Below are positions 26,849-34,170 of a DNA stretch of 34,170 bases, piece by piece (position 1 is the first letter of the stretch; the number at the start of each line of letters is the position of its first letter). Where the stretch lies: NCBI GenBank assembly GCA_043812975.1, contig JBDRLP010000014.1, forward strand, positions 1 to 34,170, in the 5' to 3' direction. The notes under the pieces are model-generated. The model was not told where the DNA came from, did no database searches, and worked only from the letters and a program-made list of their open reading frames with translations. The position numbers and the translations under genes were made by a program. Source of the DNA: Candidatus Iainarchaeum sp. (GTDB lineage: Archaea > Iainarchaeota > Iainarchaeia > Iainarchaeales > Iainarchaeaceae).

Positions 26849-26947
26849 TTTTCTTAATTAGGAGTGCTGTCACCCCCCTACAAAAGAAATATATAAGATA
26901 GATTCTTACTAATTATTACTATATATAGTGATTAAGCAGGGTTCTGA

Positions 26948-29900
26948 ATGAAAAAGATATACAGCATTTTCCTAATTTACATGTTCATTTTTCCGTTATT
27001 TGGTTCAGTAGCACTTGCTGATTCTCCTGATACGGAAATCGATCCAAGAGTTCTTATTGAAACCCCTGAAGAAACAGATGCAAGAGAAGAAGGAGTGCCT
27101 CTTCCAGAACCAGAACCTCCTGTTGAACAGGTTAATGAATATGTTTGTGATTCTTCGCAATTATCTCCTGAAGAAAGCCAAGGGATAATTGATTTGTTGA
27201 AAGATGGTTTTACCGGAGATGAAATTGCAGGAGAAACCAAGAAAGACACTGAAAGAGAAGAATTGAACGCAAATGAACTTGTTCTTATAGATCCGCAGGA
27301 TGCAAACTCTGCAGTAAAAACAGAAGTACCAAACAAAAAATTTGCCCCAATAGAACTTTCACAATTTTTAAATTCTTATATTAACGGTCCATTTGCATTT
27401 GGAGTTATCTTGGAAGATTCTTTGAGAACAGGAAGATGCGAGTCTTATGATGGCAACTGCACATTAATGGGTCCTAATTTAAAATACAGAAATTCAGGTG
27501 TAGGAATAATTTCTGATTTAAAACCAGTGAAAGAAGTTTTTTCCGGTTTCCTTGATGGAAACAAAAACATTTCTCAATTCTCAAATGAAGAAAATGAAGT
27601 GTTAAGAACTGCAATGATAACTGATACAACTTTAAACGATGATGGTTCAGTTGAGGAAGCACAAATCAAAACAGCAAAAAGGCTTGAAAAAGATTTGATT
27701 CCGAACTCGATTCTAACTGATCAGTTTGATGCAAGGTTGCAAACAAACTGTAATAATTCGGCCTGCGTAATAAGCACTTATTCATTGTTTGATAAATATT
27801 TCAATTCCTGGATGTCAACTGAAATGGTTGTATCAACATTCGGTCCAAGCTTATTGTACCAGACAAAAAAATTATTCGGCTGGACAGGAAGAAGAGGATT
27901 CCTTTCAGGAGTAAGAGAAAGTTATCAGGACTTCCTTGATAGATTCAGAAAAGATTTTATTAAACCTGAGAGTTTCCTTGGAAAATTAAGAGCCAAAAGA
28001 GTCCAGAACAGAATAGACAAATATGGTTGGAGAGACTGGTTCCATGACATGACCGGAGGATCCAGTGATGGTTCTGGTTATTACTTATTCAAAACAGAGG
28101 AATTCCAAACATGGTGGGGAAAAGCACAGGCAAAAGGAGGCTGGCTTGAAAACATCAAGACTGCAGAGGAAAGAGCAGAATTAATCAGAACCTTTAAAGA
28201 TATGCGTTCGGTTTTAAAAGCAGCAGAATCCAGAAATAAAGTAGCTAAGGAATCCTATGATACTGCTTTGAGAGTACTTGGTGCGGATAATGCAGTTACA
28301 AAACAAAAATACATTGAATGGGGTCAGGATACTGTAAACTGGATGGACTCTACTTACGACGATTTGTTCGGAGCAGATTATATTGAATGGATTGCAAGAC
28401 ATCCAAATACGGGCTTTTACAATAAAGGAGTTTTACAGGTCAGACCAGATGGCGGTTCTGAAGTACTTAGTCTGTTCCACGAGCACAGAAATCTTCAGAG
28501 GATTCTGAGAAAGTTTGGAAATGATGGTTCATTTGCCGGATTTGATTCTGCTGCGGATTTATCAAAATATGGATCAGGATTCCAGACCAGTGGTGATGAC
28601 TTAGTTTATTTTGTATTCGACAGGGAAAACGCAATCAATTACCGAGGGCTATCTTATAGTAATCTTGAAAGAGCAGCTACAGGTCAAAGAGATACTTTTG
28701 CACTTACAGATTACGGAGATTATGTTCCATACACCTCACAGTCAGTTCCTTTCATACAGAACAGGATAGGAGCAAACGCACAGTTATTTGAAGGAAGCTG
28801 GAAACAGGCAGGTGTTTTGACTCCTGCTGATATAACCGCAAGAATAACAAATGCAAGAACAGGACCAACAGCAAACATGAAGTTCGGAACCTTAAACACA
28901 CAGCAAATGATTGATACTTTACAGGAAAGAAACTGGGTTTCAAGAAGATACTGGAATTCTCTGGATAAATTAATGGCTCAGGAAGATGAACTAATAAGAA
29001 GTTACTTTACAGTTAAAGGCGGAGCTAAATGGACTGCACTTCCTTTTGGTTACTGGTGGGCAAAAAAAGGATTCGGAATAGAAGGAATTTCACAATACCA
29101 GCTGCCTGACACCTGGCATGATTTAAAATTCACCCATGGTTCTGAAAACATTTATGATTTTGCTTACATAGATTTCTTTGCAAACGAAGGCTCTGATCAG
29201 GGAGATTTATTCATACAGGTAATCAACAAACTTCCTTGGAAATTAATTCTGGATGAACTTTCAGAAAAATACAATCCCGTGAAAAACCTTTATAATTCCT
29301 TAACTAAAAATGAATTGCGCAATGAAACTGAAGACCTTGCATTCTATTTAACAGGCCCGGAAGAATGTGAAAATTGTTCAATGGTACTAAGAAGCTCAAG
29401 TGATTTAACAGAATTCAAGCCGTTCTTTTTTGTTGAGGATAAGCAGCTTGTTTCCTATATTTTAGAGGACACAAGAAGTGAGGAAGCAAGAGCCAAAGGA
29501 CAAACCCTAATAGCTTTTGCAGGCCACACAAATCTTGTGGGGGAGAGCGGAAGAGAAGAAGGAGAACCAATTGATCTTGTTGCGGCAATCAGAGAAGAAG
29601 ATATCAAAACCTGCTCGGAAGCAATAGCAGAACTGAATTTTTACGGGCTTAATGTCGGGAAAATTCTTCCAAAGGATGCCAGTGTTGGTGCTGTTCTTGG
29701 AGGTCTTGAATCAATTACTTATGGTGTTTTCTTCTGGGCTGGAATATTCAGCACTGCGGCAATCCAGATAGTTGTCGCTCCGCAGTTGCACGGATGTGTG
29801 GATGTGGATGAGGGGTATTATGCGCATTACTTTGCACCAACACAGACAGAAGAGGATTCAGAAAGTGATGCTTCAGTTCAGTCAACGGAAAAGGTTTCAC

Positions 29901-31471
29901 AAATAGTTGATAATTTCAGGGACACTTTTGTACAGGGCTTTGAAGGATCAGATGAGAACACTTTCACAAAAGAAGCAGCGGAAGAACTCGGAATTGAAAT
30001 TGATAAATTTGTGAGGGACTCAAAGCAGAACGATATTGTACAGGCTACTTTAACGATGGATGGTTTGAGCAGTGGCCAGATTGATTCCAGAACATTATTT
30101 TATTTCTGGTGCGGCCGCGGCTGTGTAACAAATGCAGCTACTTATAGAACTGAAGGAAAAGAACAAGTAAGAGGAACCAATGGAACTAATGTTGATATTG
30201 ACTTTGAAAAAGGAGAAATAAGTGTTGACGGAGAGCCAATAGTTCAGAGTGAAGACAATGTAAGGCTTATTTCAACAAACCTTAATATTCCCGCAATCGA
30301 AATCCCAAAAACAATAACAGAAACCTGTTTGGAAAATACTTCAGAGGTTGCTGTTGAAATTAATGCTCAGGGAGAAGTAAGAGTACTGAACAATGATCTG
30401 CTCAATTGCATAAGGCAGGGTGTTTTGGAACAAACTGGTTTGCCTATGGAATCAGGAACCATGAAACTGAACGATGTTTTCGGTCCTTTGGAAGCGGTTG
30501 TAACAAGCACCCATCCAAATGTAAGGTTCTTTGATGACAAGATTATTGCAGAAGGAATCCCAAGAAAAGTAGCCGAAGGAAAAGATGCAAAGCTTTCCAT
30601 ACTGGCTAATAAGGATGTTAATATTTCTGTTTCAAACGACGGAGAAACTTCACTGGGAAAACTTGAATCAATACAGTTTGCTAATGGTTCTATTGTTGTA
30701 AAACCTAACGGGTGTTTCTTAACCTGGTTAAAGCATCATGAGGATGGAAAATTATCCAAAGACCTTGTTGAGGGAATTGATGCAAAGCTTAATCGTGAAT
30801 TCAATGAAGAAACCCAGTGTGAAGAACCAGTAGTAGACTTTTCATTATTTGCAGATGAAGCCTCTGATTACAAAACCGACAAGGTTGATAAATTCAACCA
30901 GTCATTACAGCATTTAGGCCCGTTCCAGGTATTTGAAACACCAACTCAAAGGTTTGTGATTTCTGCTGAAAAAAACGAAAGCGGCGTCTGTGAAGACCAT
31001 TTAAGAATAGTTGACAAGGAAACCGGAGAAGTACAGGACTTTGTAGGAGATATAACTCCAACTCCTGACGGTTTCAAAATCACAACTCCTGACGGTACGC
31101 AACATGAAATTTCATTTGATACTAAAGACGGAGCTCCGATAGTACAATTAGATGACCAGAAACCAGAACTTTTAACCGCGGCTCAGGGAAAGAATGGTTC
31201 GTTCTATTATGATCCGGATAAAGGTTTGTGGTTTGCAGAAAATGCACAGCTTCTTCCTTTGATTGAAGCGTTCCGTGAAGGTATTGCTGCTAAAGTACAG
31301 CCTAACGGAGAAACAACAGCCACGGCTTCAGGAAACGTACTTAATGTTGATCTTGGAGCAGATGATTCAGGATTCCTGAATCTGCCATCACTTCCGGAAG
31401 AAAGAATATTGTTGGCATTAATACTTGGATTGTTAGTTGCAACCTTCGCAATAGTGCAGAGAAGAAATTGA
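26948..31471 (+). CDS. Large exported protein (1507 aa) with signal peptide and sortase-type C-terminal anchor
   Basis: N-terminus MKKIYSIFLIYMFIFPLFGSVALA|D; C-terminus FLNLPSLPEERILLALILGLLVATFAIVQRRN (motif + TM + basic tail). Confidence 0.88.
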   Translation: MKKIYSIFLIYMFIFPLFGSVALADSPDTEIDPRVLIETPEETDAREEGVPLPEPEPPVEQVNEYVCDSSQLSPEESQGIIDLLKDGFTGDEIAGETKKDTEREELNANELVLIDPQDANSAVKTEVPNKKFAPIELSQFLNSYINGPFAFGVILEDSLRTGRCESYDGNCTLMGPNLKYRNSGVGIISDLKPVKEVFSGFLDGNKNISQFSNEENEVLRTAMITDTTLNDDGSVEEAQIKTAKRLEKDLIPNSILTDQFDARLQTNCNNSACVISTYSLFDKYFNSWMSTEMVVSTFGPSLLYQTKKLFGWTGRRGFLSGVRESYQDFLDRFRKDFIKPESFLGKLRAKRVQNRIDKYGWRDWFHDMTGGSSDGSGYYLFKTEEFQTWWGKAQAKGGWLENIKTAEERAELIRTFKDMRSVLKAAESRNKVAKESYDTALRVLGADNAVTKQKYIEWGQDTVNWMDSTYDDLFGADYIEWIARHPNTGFYNKGVLQVRPDGGSEVLSLFHEHRNLQRILRKFGNDGSFAGFDSAADLSKYGSGFQTSGDDLVYFVFDRENAINYRGLSYSNLERAATGQRDTFALTDYGDYVPYTSQSVPFIQNRIGANAQLFEGSWKQAGVLTPADITARITNARTGPTANMKFGTLNTQQMIDTLQERNWVSRRYWNSLDKLMAQEDELIRSYFTVKGGAKWTALPFGYWWAKKGFGIEGISQYQLPDTWHDLKFTHGSENIYDFAYIDFFANEGSDQGDLFIQVINKLPWKLILDELSEKYNPVKNLYNSLTKNELRNETEDLAFYLTGPEECENCSMVLRSSSDLTEFKPFFFVEDKQLVSYILEDTRSEEARAKGQTLIAFAGHTNLVGESGREEGEPIDLVAAIREEDIKTCSEAIAELNFYGLNVGKILPKDASVGAVLGGLESITYGVFFWAGIFSTAAIQIVVAPQLHGCVDVDEGYYAHYFAPTQTEEDSESDASVQSTEKVSQIVDNFRDTFVQGFEGSDENTFTKEAAEELGIEIDKFVRDSKQNDIVQATLTMDGLSSGQIDSRTLFYFWCGRGCVTNAATYRTEGKEQVRGTNGTNVDIDFEKGEISVDGEPIVQSEDNVRLISTNLNIPAIEIPKTITETCLENTSEVAVEINAQGEVRVLNNDLLNCIRQGVLEQTGLPMESGTMKLNDVFGPLEAVVTSTHPNVRFFDDKIIAEGIPRKVAEGKDAKLSILANKDVNISVSNDGETSLGKLESIQFANGSIVVKPNGCFLTWLKHHEDGKLSKDLVEGIDAKLNREFNEETQCEEPVVDFSLFADEASDYKTDKVDKFNQSLQHLGPFQVFETPTQRFVISAEKNESGVCEDHLRIVDKETGEVQDFVGDITPTPDGFKITTPDGTQHEISFDTKDGAPIVQLDDQKPELLTAAQGKNGSFYYDPDKGLWFAENAQLLPLIEAFREGIAAKVQPNGETTATASGNVLNVDLGADDSGFLNLPSLPEERILLALILGLLVATFAIVQRRN

Positions 31472-31484
31472 TTCTAATTTAATT

Positions 31485-32306
31485 TTACAAATCAGAACCA
31501 GCTCTTACTCTTTCAGGGAATCCTTTACCTCCATAAGCGTCTCTTTTTGTGGTTCTTAATTTGTAATAACGCTGTCTTGCAACCCATTCAATCTGAAGCT
31601 TCTTTAGTAAGCCTCCGTAATCAGTTGCCATTTTTCTAAGACTTCTTGATCTTTCTAATAATTCACGTTCAGCTTTAATCAGTTCCGGAGTTCTTCCTTT
31701 GGAAAGCATCTGTCTTGTTAAGAAGCCATACTCTGCCAATAAATGTTCTCTTTGATTAATTATTGCTTCAAGTGTCTGTGCTTGGCTTACATTAATCAAA
31801 CCATCTTCAAAATATTTTCTTTCCCCTTCTTTCATTACTCCGGCGAGAACTTCAAGTTTATCTGCATCAGCAGGTTTAACATTGCTATTCGGATCTCTTC
31901 TTGCAATACTGTCTTTACTTCCCATTAATGCCTGCATCTGATGCACAGGATCAAGTTGGATTGAACCACGGGAATTATCTAATCCTAATAATTGATCCAT
32001 CGCTTTAATTTCTTTTGGAAAAATAGCTCCGGTTAATGCATTATGCCCAATTTCCCTAATATCTGGGCTTTCGTTTTTTAATCTTTCATAACCGTCATTT
32101 GCTCTTCTGAGACTTTTAACAAGTTTTCTCTGGCGGTTTAATCTATGTCCTATATTATACCATTGGATAGGATTCCATGCTCCTCCTTGAGCAGCCCAGC
32201 TTACTCCGTAAAAGTTTTCTCTTACAAGCTGATCACCTTTCCACTTGCCAAAGTTGTGTTTAATAACCCCTCTTGTTGAGAAATCTTTGGTTCCAGCATG
32301 TGCCAT
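31485..32306 (-). CDS. Basic helical hypothetical protein (273 aa)
   Basis: Long ORF filling the gap; R/K-rich; no signal peptide or recognised motif. Confidence 0.7.
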   Translation of the reverse strand: MAHAGTKDFSTRGVIKHNFGKWKGDQLVRENFYGVSWAAQGGAWNPIQWYNIGHRLNRQRKLVKSLRRANDGYERLKNESPDIREIGHNALTGAIFPKEIKAMDQLLGLDNSRGSIQLDPVHQMQALMGSKDSIARRDPNSNVKPADADKLEVLAGVMKEGERKYFEDGLINVSQAQTLEAIINQREHLLAEYGFLTRQMLSKGRTPELIKAERELLERSRSLRKMATDYGGLLKKLQIEWVARQRYYKLRTTKRDAYGGKGFPERVRAGSDL

Positions 32307-32343
32307 AGTAATTCTTTCACTCTAATACTATAAAAACCTTTTT

Positions 32344-33216
32344 TTAGCTGTAAAAATAGTCCAAATCATCCAGACAACTCTGGGCTTCTGCTCCTGACTG
32401 GAAACAAAGCTGTCTGTTATTGGTGTTTAAGGCCACCCATGCAACACAATTATCCCTTGAATCTGTTAACTGTTCACAGATAGCAGCATTATTAGTTGTT
32501 GTTGCTACTTTGAAAATACAAGTGTCTCTTGATGGGCCTGATTTACTGCAAAGCGAAACACTTCCTGTTTCTGTTGCAATTGAATAATAACAAATCTGGC
32601 TGTAATCAGTTATGTTTTCGCAAATCGCAGGGTCATTAGCAACAATAGCATCATTGCAAAAACGTCTTTCAAAACCGTCTGCGCAATCACTGAAATTTCC
32701 TGAAGCAACTGCTTTCAAACAAGCATCTTTTTCAGATTTTCCTTTATCACAAAGACTTGCCTGATTAGTTTCAATAGCAATTGAAGTATAACATTCCGGC
32801 AAACCAACTTTTACTTTTTCACAAAGAGTTGCATCTTTTTGCATATAAGCAATCTGTGCAAAACAATCATCCCGTAAACTCTGGTCTTCAGTGGCTTCAC
32901 ATCCTTGTGAATCATTATGGAAAATAGAATAAATCGCAAGGCAATCATCCTTTTCAAGACCCTCTTTTGAATTACACTCATCAACACTTTCAGCAACCTC
33001 AAAATCTACGGTTATCTGACTTTCATCAAATTCACCAATGCCTTCTTCATCCGGAGAAATATAATCGAGATCTAAATATTCATCTCCATCAACATCAACA
33101 AAATCCTGAGGGCCAGCATCACTCACTTCCGGCTGGCTTATAAAAAAAGCAATTAAAAAAACAAGTATAAGCCCAGCTATTAGTGCCAGAGGGATGGTTA
33201 ACCATTTTTGTGCCAT
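32344..33216 (-). CDS. Membrane-anchored protein with ~9 two-Cys helical repeats
   Basis: N-terminal TM, acidic linker (DFVDVDGDEYLD), 18 Cys in ~24-aa units of the form C..(R/K)D.C...(I/V)A....(D/N)..(L/I)C. Confidence 0.85.
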   Translation of the reverse strand: MAQKWLTIPLALIAGLILVFLIAFFISQPEVSDAGPQDFVDVDGDEYLDLDYISPDEEGIGEFDESQITVDFEVAESVDECNSKEGLEKDDCLAIYSIFHNDSQGCEATEDQSLRDDCFAQIAYMQKDATLCEKVKVGLPECYTSIAIETNQASLCDKGKSEKDACLKAVASGNFSDCADGFERRFCNDAIVANDPAICENITDYSQICYYSIATETGSVSLCSKSGPSRDTCIFKVATTTNNAAICEQLTDSRDNCVAWVALNTNNRQLCFQSGAEAQSCLDDLDYFYS

Positions 33217-33264
33217 GGAATAAAATAGTGTTTTCTGATTAATAAGGTTTTAGGGGTAGAAAAA

Positions 33265-33403
33265 TTAGGTTATTACTGGAGTTCTTGTTTCAAACAACCT
33301 TTTTCTTTTTTGCGCCCTTTGGGCGAAAGAAAAAGCTTGGACAAAAAGAAAAAACAAATTTATTATTTAATTTCAGGTTATTACTGGGGTTCTTGTTTCA
33401 AAC
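33265..33403. repeat. 31-bp direct repeat of the PAC2 gene 3' end flanking a 77-bp hairpin insert
   Basis: t(t/c)aggttattactgg(a/g)gttcttgtttcaaac at 33265-33295 and 33373-33403 (29/31). The insert contains CTTTTCTTT-tttg-CGCCC-TTT-GGGCG-AAAGAAAAAG. Confidence 0.9.
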
Positions 33404-34116
33404 TTTTCAGAACTATCCTTGGTTTCCTTTAATTTTTGCAGCTGCTGTATTAGTTGCTTTTCTGTTTCTTTAGCTTCTTTTAGCAAAGGAGCTATATCAA
33501 GTTTTAAACCAATTATTTCATTAAGTTTTTTCAAAACTTCAGCTGCTGCCTTGTAATCTGCAGTCATTTGTACATTTCCAAGAATTGAAATAGCCTTGTT
33601 TTGGGATCTTTTTAATTCAAGCAAAATCAAAGCAGTTATTCCGGTTGTAATTCCTTCGCCGATTTCAGTTAGACCATATTTTTTCAGCAATGGTCTTGAT
33701 TTTTCATTAGCTGCAATTCCATAAATTAATTCTCTTTTTGGAGAATCTCCTGAAGCATGAACTCCTGAAAGAGAAATAATCTCTGTAATTCCTTTTGCCT
33801 TAATCCATTCTACTGTTTTTTTTGCAACCATGTAGGTGTATTGCTTTGCAATAACCTGTTCAGCAATAAGTACAGCGAGTTTTCTTTTTTTGTTAACATA
33901 AACCCTTGCAGGTCTTACCGGAAGTCCTTTGTGGATTCTTATTATTGGCATAAAAATGTTTGAATCGACATAGCCAACATAATCAAAAGTTAACTTATCA
34001 ACCAAATACTTGGCTGCGATTGTGCCGACCAAACCCATTCCGGGAAAACCCTCAATAAGAGTGTAATCTTTCATAGAGGTTTTTTCAAATTCTACAAATT
34101 CAAATTCAGGTTTCAT
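33373..34116 (-). CDS. PAC2-family proteasome assembly chaperone homolog
   Basis: Signature LIEGFPGMGLVGTIAAKYLVDKL, IISLSG, GITTGITALIL, DYKAAAEVL...L.EA; typical length. Confidence 0.92.
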   Translation of the reverse strand: MKPEFEFVEFEKTSMKDYTLIEGFPGMGLVGTIAAKYLVDKLTFDYVGYVDSNIFMPIIRIHKGLPVRPARVYVNKKRKLAVLIAEQVIAKQYTYMVAKKTVEWIKAKGITEIISLSGVHASGDSPKRELIYGIAANEKSRPLLKKYGLTEIGEGITTGITALILLELKRSQNKAISILGNVQMTADYKAAAEVLKKLNEIIGLKLDIAPLLKEAKETEKQLIQQLQKLKETKDSSEKFETRTPVIT

Positions 34117-34170
34117 TTTAATCAGTATAAAAAAGGAATAACTGGTTTAAAATGGTTTTGTCGCGCCGCA

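Noticed and set aside
15954..31928. Short opposite-strand or off-frame ORFs nested in the ATPase, platform, pilin, zinc-finger, 1507-aa and 273-aa genes
   Set aside because: Mostly or fully overlapped by well-supported genes; no recognisable protein features.
33285..33473. 62-aa plus-strand ORF across the hairpin insert
   Set aside because: Translates the low-complexity T/A tracts and runs antisense to PAC2.

Overview
AT-rich archaeal DNA with TTTATATA promoters, class III (prepilin) signal peptides and a PAC2 chaperone gene. The gene content suggests a DPANN-type lineage such as Diapherotrites/Iainarchaeota (inference only). Most of the window is one cell-surface locus. It has a VirB11/FlaI/CpaF-family ATPase, a FlaJ/TadC-like platform protein and about 8 pilin-like genes, one of them a 54-aa gene missing from the ORF track. 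It also has an exosortase/archaeosortase and three giant exported proteins: a 2800-aa protein, its >1712-aa paralog that runs off the left edge (also missing from the track), and a 1507-aa protein with a sortase-type C-terminus. The giants carry unusual modules: a Cys-bracketed G/Y/S/N/Q prion-like loop, Cys-bracketed hydrophobic hairpins, and a possibly inactive lysozyme/SLT-like tip. This suggests a host-contact or membrane-engaging apparatus. Separately, four 31-47 bp direct duplications sit exactly at gene boundaries. Two of them enclose ~75 bp hairpin elements of shared architecture, which hints at an undescribed small mobile-element process. No rRNA, tRNA, CRISPR array, transposase or prepilin peptidase was seen.
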